64,000 nt of DNA from an uncultured Chloroflexia bacterium (GTDB taxonomy: Bacteria; Chloroflexota; Limnocylindria; Limnocylindrales; CSP1-4): NCBI GenBank assembly GCA_963707215.1, contig CAVPPB010000002.1, forward strand, positions 415,491 through 479,490, given 5' to 3'. Both the position numbers and the translations under genes were made by a program. This document shows, piece by piece, positions 9,651 through 17,946 of the stretch; within the stretch, counting starts at the first letter, position 1, and each line of letters opens with the position of its first letter. Below the pieces are notes generated by a model that did no database searches, was not told the DNA's origin, and saw only the letters and a list, made by a program, of their open reading frames with translations.

Positions 9651-10826
9651 TCAGCGGGTACAGGGCCCCGTGTCGACCGCCGCGGTAGATCCGATCGCCG
9701 GAGCGATCGCCGCCGCGACGTCGGTCGGTGCGAGTGCGTAGCCGATCCCCGCGTCGCGCTTCGCCTCCGCGAAGACGAGCCCGCCTACGGTCCCGTCGGC
9801 CAGCATGAACGGGCCGCCGCTGTCGCCCTGGTCGACGATCGCCCGCAGCTCCAGGACCTGACGGGTCACGACCCGGTCGTCATAGATGTCCCGGCCGGTC
9901 GCGGCCAGCCGTCGGGCGACGGCGGCTGCCTCGATGACGAGGCCGCCACCACCCGGGTAGCCCAGGGTCGCGCCCTGGACACCCCGATCGGGATCGTCGG
10001 CGGCGAACCGGAGTGCCGGGGCATCAAGGCCCGGCGCGTGGAGCAGGGCCACGTCGAGGGCCGGATCGAACAGCACGGGCACTGCGTCCACGGTCGCCCC
10101 ACCGAGCCGGAGCCTCGTCGCGCTCGCGCCGGCGACCACGTGGGCGTTGGTCACGACGAAGCCGTCGGCGATGACGATGCCGCTCCCCACGAGCACGGTG
10201 CCGCAGGCGTTGCTGCTGACCTTGGGGGTCGAGGCCTCACCCGCCGCGCCGATGCGGGCGGCCTCCGGGTCGCTTGGTCGCTCGACCGGCGGCGCGGGCA
10301 GTGGCTCGAGGCCGACGAAGACATCGGGCAGGCCGGTCTCGTCCAGGGCCCGGGCCAGATCTCCGGCGACCTCCGGCGGCGGCGGCAGGAGCAGGCCGGT
10401 GAGCCTGGAGGCGGCCGACCCGGCGGCCTGCTCGGCAAGGCGCGGGAACGGGGCGACGATGAGCAGGCCGACCACGAGCCAGATGACCAGGACACCCTGG
10501 ATGACGCCGACGCCGGCCCCGACCACCTTCTCGGTAGCGCCGAGCAGGCCGTCGCCGAGGGCACGCCCCACGGCCATCCCGGACCGGGCCCCGACGACCT
10601 CCCCGAGCCCGACGGCGAGGATGATCCCGGTGAACACCAGGAGCGCCCGGATCAGGGGATCGACGTCGGCCAGCGGGACCAGCGCCCACGGGAGGGCCCA
10701 CAGCGCCGCCACGAGCCCGAGGACCGCGCCACCGAGCCCGCCCAGCTGGGGCAGCGCCCCCGAGCGGAACCCGGCGATCGCGGCGAGCGCGAGCACGAGC
10801 AGGGCCAGCAGGTCGATCGCGTTCAC
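9651..10826 (-). CDS. MarP-family serine protease (CvpA-like TM domain + trypsin)
   Basis: Four N-terminal TM helices; TNAHVV, DVALL, GDSGGP catalytic triad. Confidence 0.9.
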   Translation of the reverse strand: MNAIDLLALLVLALAAIAGFRSGALPQLGGLGGAVLGLVAALWALPWALVPLADVDPLIRALLVFTGIILAVGLGEVVGARSGMAVGRALGDGLLGATEKVVGAGVGVIQGVLVIWLVVGLLIVAPFPRLAEQAAGSAASRLTGLLLPPPPEVAGDLARALDETGLPDVFVGLEPLPAPPVERPSDPEAARIGAAGEASTPKVSSNACGTVLVGSGIVIADGFVVTNAHVVAGASATRLRLGGATVDAVPVLFDPALDVALLHAPGLDAPALRFAADDPDRGVQGATLGYPGGGGLVIEAAAVARRLAATGRDIYDDRVVTRQVLELRAIVDQGDSGGPFMLADGTVGGLVFAEAKRDAGIGYALAPTDVAAAIAPAIGSTAAVDTGPCTR

Positions 10827-10908
10827 GATCCCGATGGTCGCACGGGTCGGCGGGGCGCGTCGTGGGGCCGGGTCGAACGTCGGTCCGGGCGCGGTGAGGG
10901 CCGGTGCC

Positions 10909-11577
10909 TCAGGGGATGACGACGCTCACCGGGTCGGCGTCGCCCTCGCCCGCCCGAACGGTGTACCCGCCGGCTGGCAGGCTGCCGAGGTCGACGAGGG
11001 TCGCCTTGTACACCGCGATGTCGATGCAGGCGACGTCGCGGGCCGCGGATCCCTCGAGCGGGGTCAGGGTGAAGATCGGGCCGTCCCGCTCCACGATGAC
11101 CGTTGCGAGGGAGTAGCAGGGCTCGACGCCGCTGATCCATTCGAGCCGGACGACGAGCTGGCCGTCCTCGACCGTCGCGCTGATCGTGTTCACGGCCACC
11201 CGGTGGGGATCGATGACGCCCGGTACCGGCTCCACGAGCCCGGCCTGCGGCTCACTCGGGATCGATGCCCCGGGGGCGACTGGCGGGCTGGTGACGACGG
11301 CGTCCGGCCCGCCCGGTCCCGGCTCCACGGGCTCGCAGATCGGGGCTGACGGATCCGGTGCCGCCGGCTCACCGTCGGGCGACCCGGGCTGGCTGCAGCC
11401 CGCGCCGCCGTCGCTGGAGGGGCCGCGGTCCTCGGCCCCTCCGCCGGGCCGGGCCCCTGTCCCGTCGGCAGGCCAGGTGAGCGGGTCCGGCGAAGCGAGA
11501 GCCGTGCAGGCGGTCACGACGATGGCGATCGCCAGGAGGAAGCCTGCGACGGCGGCGGGGGCTCGTCGTCCGTTCAT
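10909..11577 (-). CDS. Hypothetical lipoprotein
   Basis: Signal peptide ending VTAC, Pro-rich linker, SGVEPC...ACIDIA domain. Confidence 0.7.
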   Translation of the reverse strand: MNGRRAPAAVAGFLLAIAIVVTACTALASPDPLTWPADGTGARPGGGAEDRGPSSDGGAGCSQPGSPDGEPAAPDPSAPICEPVEPGPGGPDAVVTSPPVAPGASIPSEPQAGLVEPVPGVIDPHRVAVNTISATVEDGQLVVRLEWISGVEPCYSLATVIVERDGPIFTLTPLEGSAARDVACIDIAVYKATLVDLGSLPAGGYTVRAGEGDADPVSVVIP

Positions 11578-11614
11578 GGGCCCCCGACGCGGGTCGGCGG
11601 CTCGAGGTTCCCGG

Positions 11615-12238
11615 TCAGCCGACCTCGGCGAGGGTGTCGACCCGGGCCGGGTGCTGCGCCTCCCAGGCGTCGATGAGGGACGTCTTGTCGAGCAGGTAGC
11701 CGAGCTCGTCGGTGCCGGCCAGCAGCATCATCCGGGCGAACGGATCGACCTCGAACTCGAACGTCGCTCCGTCGGGCAGGAGGACACCCTGCTCGGACAG
11801 GTCCACCGTCAGCTCGGCGTCAGGGTCCGCCTCGACCATCGCGAAGAGGCGGGCGTGGGTCGCCGGGTCGACGACGATCGGCAGCACCCCGTTCTTCAGC
11901 GAGTTGTTGCGGAAGATGTCGGCGAACGACGTCGACAGGATCGCCCGGATCCCCCACGAAGCGAGCGCCCACGGCGCGTGCTCGCGCGATGACCCGGCGC
12001 CGAAGTTGTCGCCGACGAGGAGGACCCGGCGACCGGCCATCCCGGGTCGGTCGAGCACGAACGGCGGATCCTTCAGCGAACCATCCTCCTCGAACCGCCA
12101 GTCGCGGAAGAGGGCCTCGGCCAGGCCGGCCTTGTCGGTGACCTTGAGGTAACGGGCCGGGACGATCTGGTCGGTGTCGACGTTCTCGGCCCGGATGGCC
12201 ACGACCCGGCTGGTGAACGCCCCGTACGGCTCGGCCAT
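11615..12238 (-). CDS. leuD: 3-isopropylmalate dehydratase small subunit
   Basis: NVDTDQIVPARYLK, NFGAGSSREHAPWAL, FADIFRNN. Confidence 0.96.
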   Translation of the reverse strand: MAEPYGAFTSRVVAIRAENVDTDQIVPARYLKVTDKAGLAEALFRDWRFEEDGSLKDPPFVLDRPGMAGRRVLLVGDNFGAGSSREHAPWALASWGIRAILSTSFADIFRNNSLKNGVLPIVVDPATHARLFAMVEADPDAELTVDLSEQGVLLPDGATFEFEVDPFARMMLLAGTDELGYLLDKTSLIDAWEAQHPARVDTLAEVG

Positions 12239-12241
12239 CGC

Positions 12242-13687
12242 TCAGCTCCCCCCGATCCCGGCGGTCGACTCGATGCCGGGCAGCGTCCGCGGATCACTGA
12301 CGACGCCGTGGACGGCACTCGCCGCGGCCGTCAGCGGCGAGGCCAGGAGCGTTCGCCCGCCCTTGCCCTGGCGGCCCTCGAAGTTGCGGTTGCTGGTGCT
12401 GATGGCGTACTGCCCGGGCGACAGCTGGTCGCCGTTCATGGCGATGCACATCGAGCAGCCGGCCTCGCGCCACTCCGCACCGGCCGCCCGGAAGACCTCG
12501 GCGAGGCCCTCCAGCTCGGCCTGCTTCTTCACCTCGGTCGAGCCGGGCACGACCATGACCCGGACGCCCTCGGCGACCCGACGCCCGCGGAGGACCTCGG
12601 CCGCCAGGCGGAGGTCGGAGATGCGGCCGTTGGTGCACGAGCCGATGAAGACGACGTCGACCTTCTGCCCCAGGATCGGCTGGCCGGGGCGCAGGTCCAT
12701 GTACTCGAGGGAGCGCTCGAGCGCCCGCCGAGCGGCGGCGTCCTCCTGCTCGTCCGGGGAGGGGACCGCGGCGCTGATCGGGATCCCCATGCCGGGGTTC
12801 GTGCCGTAGGTGACCATCGGCTCGAGGGCTGCCGCGTCGATGACGATCGAGCGGTCGAACTCGGCGTCCTCGTCGGTCGGGAGGGCTCGCCACGACTCGA
12901 TCGCGGCGTCCCAGGCGGTGCCCTGTGGGGCGTGGGGCCGCCCGGCGATGAACTCGAACGTCGTGTCGTCCGGTGCGACCAGTCCGGCCCGGGCCCCGCC
13001 CTCGATGCTCATGTTGCAGATCGTCATCCGCTGCTCCATGGTCAGCGCGCGGATGGCCTCGCCGCGGTACTCGAAGACGTGCCCGGTCCCGCCGCCGATG
13101 CCGATCCGGGCGATGAGGGCGAGGATGATGTCCTTGGCGCTTACGCCTGGCTTCAGCCGCCCGTCGACCCGGACCTCGTAGGTCCTCGGCCGGCGCTGCA
13201 GCAGGGTCTGGGTGGCGAGGACCATCTCGACCTCGCTGGTCCCGATGCCGAAGGCCAGCGCCCCGAAGGCGCCGTGCGTGCTGGTGTGACTGTCGCCGCA
13301 GACGATCGTCATCCCCGGCTGGGTCAGCCCCAGCTCCGGCCCGATGACGTGGACGATGCCCTGGTGAGGGGAGCCCATCCCGTGGAGCGGGATCCCGAAC
13401 TCACGGCAGTTGGCCTCGAGCTGGGCGACCTGGGCCGCCGCCATGGTGTCCAGGATCGGCAGGCTGCGGTCGTGGGTCGGGATCGAGTGGTCGGCGGTGG
13501 CGACCGTTCGTTCGGGGTGGCGGACGCGCAGGCCGCGGGCCCGGAGACCGGCAAAGGCCTGGGGGCTGGTGACCTCGTGGACGAGGTGCAGGTCGATCGC
13601 CAGGACCGTCGGTGCACCTGGGTCCTGGGCGACGACATGGTCGTCCCAGATCTTCTCGACGAGGGTTCGCGGTCGGGTGTCGGACAC
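12242..13687 (-). CDS. leuC: 3-isopropylmalate dehydratase large subunit
   Basis: GTG start 13687; [50 protein letters not shown]. Confidence 0.96.
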   Translation of the reverse strand: MSDTRPRTLVEKIWDDHVVAQDPGAPTVLAIDLHLVHEVTSPQAFAGLRARGLRVRHPERTVATADHSIPTHDRSLPILDTMAAAQVAQLEANCREFGIPLHGMGSPHQGIVHVIGPELGLTQPGMTIVCGDSHTSTHGAFGALAFGIGTSEVEMVLATQTLLQRRPRTYEVRVDGRLKPGVSAKDIILALIARIGIGGGTGHVFEYRGEAIRALTMEQRMTICNMSIEGGARAGLVAPDDTTFEFIAGRPHAPQGTAWDAAIESWRALPTDEDAEFDRSIVIDAAALEPMVTYGTNPGMGIPISAAVPSPDEQEDAAARRALERSLEYMDLRPGQPILGQKVDVVFIGSCTNGRISDLRLAAEVLRGRRVAEGVRVMVVPGSTEVKKQAELEGLAEVFRAAGAEWREAGCSMCIAMNGDQLSPGQYAISTSNRNFEGRQGKGGRTLLASPLTAAASAVHGVVSDPRTLPGIESTAGIGGS

Positions 13688-13897
13688 GGCGGGGCGACTC
13701 GCTGCGGTTCGAAGGAGCCTAGAGGGTAGCAGAGGCGGTCCGAGCGGCAGGTCCCCCGGCTCCGTCCGGCTCCCGGGGGCGGCCCGTCCGGCCCTTGGCC
13801 CGCGGCCCGGGCTGCGCTTGGCTGGAGCCGTAGCAGCCGGCCGTCGCGACGTCCGTGCCGTCGCCGCGCCCCGCGGTCGCTTCCTGGTGGAGCTCCC

Positions 13898-16564
13898 GTG
13901 TTCGAGCTGCTTGGTCGCCTCGTCGTTCGCCTCCGCCTCCCCATCGTCGTCGCCTGGCTGGTCGCTGCCGCGATCCTCTTCTTCGCCCCGTCGCTGCAGG
14001 ACGTCGGCACGGCCGACGAGTCCAGCTTCCTGCCGCGCGACGTCGGATCGGTCGCGGCCCGTGAGCTGCTGGCCAGGGGCTTTCCGGAGGACGACGCGGT
14101 CGGCACGGCGACCCTGGTCCTCGTCCGCGAGCCCGGCCCCCTGACCGACGCCGATCGTGCCTACCTCGACGAGCTGGCGGCGTGGCTGACCGACCCCGCT
14201 TCGGACCCGGCCCTGGATGGCGCCGTCAAGATGGTCGTGACGGCCGCGACCCGGCCGGAACGCGCGGCGCTCCTGAGGAGCGAGGACGGCACGACCGAGA
14301 TCGCGACGATCGAGCTGACCGTGCCGGCGTTCCAGGAGCGCGCCAACGAGGTGGTCGCGGCGCTGAGAGCGCGGATCGCCGGGACGGCCCCCGACGGCCT
14401 GCGCGTCCACGTCACCGGTCAGGCCGCCATCGGCGCCGACTACCTCCGGGCCATCGTCGACGGGACCGACCGGACGACGGTCGTGACGATCGCCCTGGTC
14501 ATCGTCATCCTGCTGGCGATCTACCGGGCTCCGCTCGCCGCCCTGGTACCGCTCCTGACGATCGGCGCCGCCTTCCTCGTCGCCCGTGGGCTCCTCGGGT
14601 GGCTGGCCCAGGCCGGCTGGTCGCTGAGCACCCTGATCGACTCCTTCGTCGTCGTCCTCGTCTTCGGCGTCGGAACCGACTACACCATCTTCCTCATCAG
14701 CCGCTACCGCGAGGAGCTGGGCCGGGTCGGCGCAGGTTCGCGGGACGCGGCGGGCCGAGGGATCGCCGCCCGGGTGACCGTGACCCGGATCGGTGCCGTG
14801 ATCACCGCCTCCGCGGCCACCGTGGTCGTCGGTCTCAGCGCCATGGTCATCGCCCGGTTCGGGATGATCCAGACGACCGGCCCCGCACTGGCCATCGCTA
14901 TCGTCGTGGCCCTGGCGGCGGGCCTGACCTTGGCGCCGGCGCTGCTCGTCCTCTTCGGGCCGGCGCTGTTCTGGCCACGTCACCCCAGGCCCGTCGGCCA
15001 GGAGACGGGTGCCGGCGTCTGGGACCGCGTGGCTGCCGGCATCGTCCGTCGGCCGCTGGTCGTCTCCCTGGTCGTCATCGCCGCCATGGCCCTGCCGATC
15101 CTGCTCATCCCCGGCGCCCGGACCGACTTCGACACGCTGGCCGAGCTGCCGGCCGAGTCGGACGCCCGGATGGGCTTCGACGTCGTGGCCGACCACATGG
15201 ACAAGGGGCGGCTCATGCCGATCATCGTCGCCATTCGGACGCCGGCGACCGACCTGACCTCGCCCGACGGCCTGACCGCGATCGCGGCCCTCGGCGATCG
15301 CCTGGCCGCGGTAGACGGCGTGGATTCGGTCCGCAGCCTCGTCAGCCCGACCGGTGAGGGCACCCCGGACGAGATGCGGATCTCGCCGCGCCTGCTCGAG
15401 CTGGCCGATGGGCTCGAGCGCCTGGGGGCTGGTCCAGCGGCGGTCCAGCTCGCCCTGGCCGATCCCGGCGCCGTGGCCGGACTGCGCACGGGACTGGGCT
15501 GGCTGGAGGCCAGGGCCGATGACGTGCCCGCGTTCCGTGCGCTGCCCGGGGCCGGCTCGCTCCGTGCCGACCTCGTGACCCTGACCGCCGCGATGGAGCG
15601 ACTAGCGGCCGCCGACGACCCGGCGACGGCTGCCGCCCTGGCCGGCGAGGCGTCCCAGGCCGCCGGGCGGGCTGCAGCGGCCCTCCGCTCGGCTGGCGTG
15701 GAGCTGGCCGGCGATCCCCGCCGCGACCTCTACCTCCCCGATGTCTCGGGGGGCGACGCCGGGGAAGAGCTCGACCGCCTCGTCGGCGAGTTCGTCGGTC
15801 CGGACGGGTCGGTCGGGCGGATCTACGTCGTCGCCGCAGACGACCCCTACTCGACGGTCGCCTTCGAGACGGTCGACCGGCTGCGCGACGCCGTGAGCGG
15901 GCAGATCGAGGGTATGCCCGAGGAGACGACCGTGCTGGTCGGCGGCTCGACCGCCGAGTTCACCGACATTCGGACGACGATGGACGGCGACTTCCGCTCG
16001 GTGGCCGTGGTCACGGTCATCGGCGTCCTGCTCGTCCTTGTCGTGCTCCTGCGGAGCCTGGTGGCCCCGATCTTCCTGGTCGCCACGGTCCTGCTGTCCT
16101 ACGGCACGACCCTCCACGTCGCTGGCGGCCTGTTCGAGGGCGTGCTGGGTCATGGCGGCATGAACTACTTCCTGCCCCTGCTCGTCTTCGTCCTCCTGGT
16201 CGCCCTCGGCTCGGACTACAACATCTTCGTGGTCAGCCGCATCCGCGAAGAGAGCGCCCACCGGCCCATCCGCGACGGCATCCGGGTGGGTGCGGCCCGG
16301 ACCGGCACGGTCATCACCTCGGCCGGGATCATCCTGGCCGGGACCTTCGCGGCCCTGATGACGGCGCCCCTGGAGCTGCTCTTCCAGGTGGGCGCGGCAG
16401 TCGCCCTCGGCGTCCTGCTCGACACCTTCGTCGTCCGCAGTCTCCTCGTGCCGGCCCTGATCGCGGTCTTCGGGGACCTGTCCTGGTGGCCCTCCGGATG
16501 GCATCGCCGGCGGCTCCCGCGCGGACGTCGTGCCGAGCTCTCGTCGGCGGGCCGGGGCCCCTGA
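13898..16564 (+). CDS. MMPL (RND-superfamily) transporter
   Basis: [18 protein letters not shown] and [33 protein letters not shown]. Confidence 0.92.
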   Translation: MFELLGRLVVRLRLPIVVAWLVAAAILFFAPSLQDVGTADESSFLPRDVGSVAARELLARGFPEDDAVGTATLVLVREPGPLTDADRAYLDELAAWLTDPASDPALDGAVKMVVTAATRPERAALLRSEDGTTEIATIELTVPAFQERANEVVAALRARIAGTAPDGLRVHVTGQAAIGADYLRAIVDGTDRTTVVTIALVIVILLAIYRAPLAALVPLLTIGAAFLVARGLLGWLAQAGWSLSTLIDSFVVVLVFGVGTDYTIFLISRYREELGRVGAGSRDAAGRGIAARVTVTRIGAVITASAATVVVGLSAMVIARFGMIQTTGPALAIAIVVALAAGLTLAPALLVLFGPALFWPRHPRPVGQETGAGVWDRVAAGIVRRPLVVSLVVIAAMALPILLIPGARTDFDTLAELPAESDARMGFDVVADHMDKGRLMPIIVAIRTPATDLTSPDGLTAIAALGDRLAAVDGVDSVRSLVSPTGEGTPDEMRISPRLLELADGLERLGAGPAAVQLALADPGAVAGLRTGLGWLEARADDVPAFRALPGAGSLRADLVTLTAAMERLAAADDPATAAALAGEASQAAGRAAAALRSAGVELAGDPRRDLYLPDVSGGDAGEELDRLVGEFVGPDGSVGRIYVVAADDPYSTVAFETVDRLRDAVSGQIEGMPEETTVLVGGSTAEFTDIRTTMDGDFRSVAVVTVIGVLLVLVVLLRSLVAPIFLVATVLLSYGTTLHVAGGLFEGVLGHGGMNYFLPLLVFVLLVALGSDYNIFVVSRIREESAHRPIRDGIRVGAARTGTVITSAGIILAGTFAALMTAPLELLFQVGAAVALGVLLDTFVVRSLLVPALIAVFGDLSWWPSGWHRRRLPRGRRAELSSAGRGP

Positions 16565-16711
16565 CGTCGACCCGATCGCTGCCCGGTCGGCTATCCGACC
16601 GCGCCCCCCGATGGCTCGATGGTGTCCGCCGGCCGGTACCCTCGGGCCACATCGCCGCTCCCCACCGGCGGTGTACGAACCCCCCGAGCATCCCGGCTCG
16701 AAGGAGACACC

Positions 16712-17287
16712 GTGTTCATCCTCTATGCGCTCCTGGTCGGGCTCGTCGTCGGAGCGCTGACGGGGGGCCGACCGGCCCGCCTCGGCTCGCTGGAGATCCG
16801 CTGGCCATGGGTCATCGCCGGCGGACTCGCCGCCCAGCTGATCCTCTTCTCCGAGCCCGTGACCCGGGTCGTGGGCGACGCCGGGCCGCCCCTCTACATC
16901 CTCTCGACGCTGGCGGTCCTTGCTGCCGTCAGCGTCAACCGGCGGATCCCGGGCATCCCCCTGGTGATCGCCGGTGCCGTTTCGAACATGACCGCCATCG
17001 TCGCCAACGGCGGGTACATGCCGACCACGCCTGAGGCCCTGGCGGCCCTCGGCAAGCTGCCTCCGGAGACCTACTCGAACAGCTCGGTGCCGATCTCGCC
17101 GATGCTCTGGCCGCTGACCGACATCTTCGCCATGCCGGCCTGGCTGCCCTTCGCCAACGTCTTCAGCATCGGCGACGTGCTGATCGGGCTCGGCATCGCG
17201 ATCGCCGTGGTCGCCACGATGCGCCGGCCGGACGCCGATCCGGTGCCGCCCGGGGCGGCGGCCCCTCCGGGGGTCCTCGTCCCCTAG
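16712..17287 (+). CDS. DUF5317-like membrane protein with signal peptidase II-like motifs
   Basis: GTG after AAGGAG; GGR..RL..L..RW.W start, N..ANGGYMP, LTDIF, VFSIGD; multiple TM helices. Confidence 0.82.
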   Translation: MFILYALLVGLVVGALTGGRPARLGSLEIRWPWVIAGGLAAQLILFSEPVTRVVGDAGPPLYILSTLAVLAAVSVNRRIPGIPLVIAGAVSNMTAIVANGGYMPTTPEALAALGKLPPETYSNSSVPISPMLWPLTDIFAMPAWLPFANVFSIGDVLIGLGIAIAVVATMRRPDADPVPPGAAAPPGVLVP

Positions 17288-17438
17288 GGGCACCGACCGA
17301 CCCTCCCTCGAGCGGTCGTGGCGCCCCGGTGCACCGGCGAATCGGATCGGGCCCCCCGGTACCCATGAGCCAGTGGCCGCGATCCGGCCGTCACGTAGCG
17401 GTCGCCCCCGAGGGCGACGTCCGCCTTCCGCCGCAAGG

Positions 17439-17526
17439 CCGTCCAGGGCAAACCCGTCGCGAGGCGGGGACGCAAAGCCAGGGATCTTCAAGGACCAACG
17501 AAGACCGCCCGGTTGCCGGACCTACG
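17439..17526 (+). ncRNA. c-di-GMP-I (GEMM-I) riboswitch
   Basis: gtccAGGGCAAACCCGTC-GCGA-GGCGGGGACGCAAAGCC...GGTTGCCggac matches the class-I consensus; GNRA loop; P1 gtcc/ggac; G at the Vc2-G20-equivalent position. Confidence 0.92.
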
Positions 17527-17558
17527 GTGAGGTCTCGGGGAACGAGAGGTACAGACAC

Positions 17559-17648
17559 GTGAAGGCGAACCTGGCGCGCTTCACCACGGCCGTCGCGCTC
17601 CTGGCGTCGATGGCCCTCACCCTTGGCGCGGGGATGCGCTGGTGGTAG
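17559..17648 (+). CDS. Small signal-peptide-like precursor, 29 aa: MKANLARFTTAVALLASMALTLGAGMRWW
   Basis: RBS GAGAGG upstream of GTG, directly after the riboswitch; basic n-region, hydrophobic core, short aromatic tail. Confidence 0.75.
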   Translation: MKANLARFTTAVALLASMALTLGAGMRWW

Positions 17649-17680
17649 CTCCCTAGACGGGAACGACAAGGGAGACGACC

Positions 17681-17755
17681 ATGGACACGCTGAACATCCC
17701 CCTCGAGGATCGGGTGCCGGCCGTTGGTCCGATGGCCGGTCATCGGTGGAGCTGA
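17681..17755 (+). CDS. Second small peptide, 24 aa: MDTLNIPLEDRVPAVGPMAGHRWS
   Basis: Strong RBS AAGGGAG 6 nt before ATG; shares the AG-x-RW-x C-terminus with the preceding peptide. Confidence 0.55.
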   Translation: MDTLNIPLEDRVPAVGPMAGHRWS

Positions 17756-17788
17756 TCGCGACGACCGGTCGCGGCGGCCCGCATCGAG

Positions 17789-17817
17789 CGACCGCCGGGC
17801 GTCATGCCCGGCGGTCG
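17789..17817 (+). terminator. GC hairpin after the peptide ORFs
   Basis: CGACCGCCGGGC-gtcat-GCCCGGCGGTCG, perfect 12-bp stem, no clear U tract. Confidence 0.55.
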
Positions 17818-17946
17818 AGCGATTCAGGGGCTGGGACCGGTCCGTACCTTCGGGCCAGTCTCCCGGGGCTCGCTGCGGGCTAGTCTCGAGCCCTCCGGGG
17901 CGGTCCGGACGACCTGCCCCGAGCCTGCCGTACCAAGGGAGTGCCT

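Noticed and set aside
17439-17526. cGAMP-selective (GEMM-Ib) variant for either riboswitch
   Set aside because: Both have G, not A, at the Vc2-G20-equivalent position
17559-17755. AgrD, lipoprotein or classical RiPP precursor
   Set aside because: No Cys for a lipobox or thiolactone, and no AgrB, radical SAM, lanthipeptide or lasso enzymes nearby
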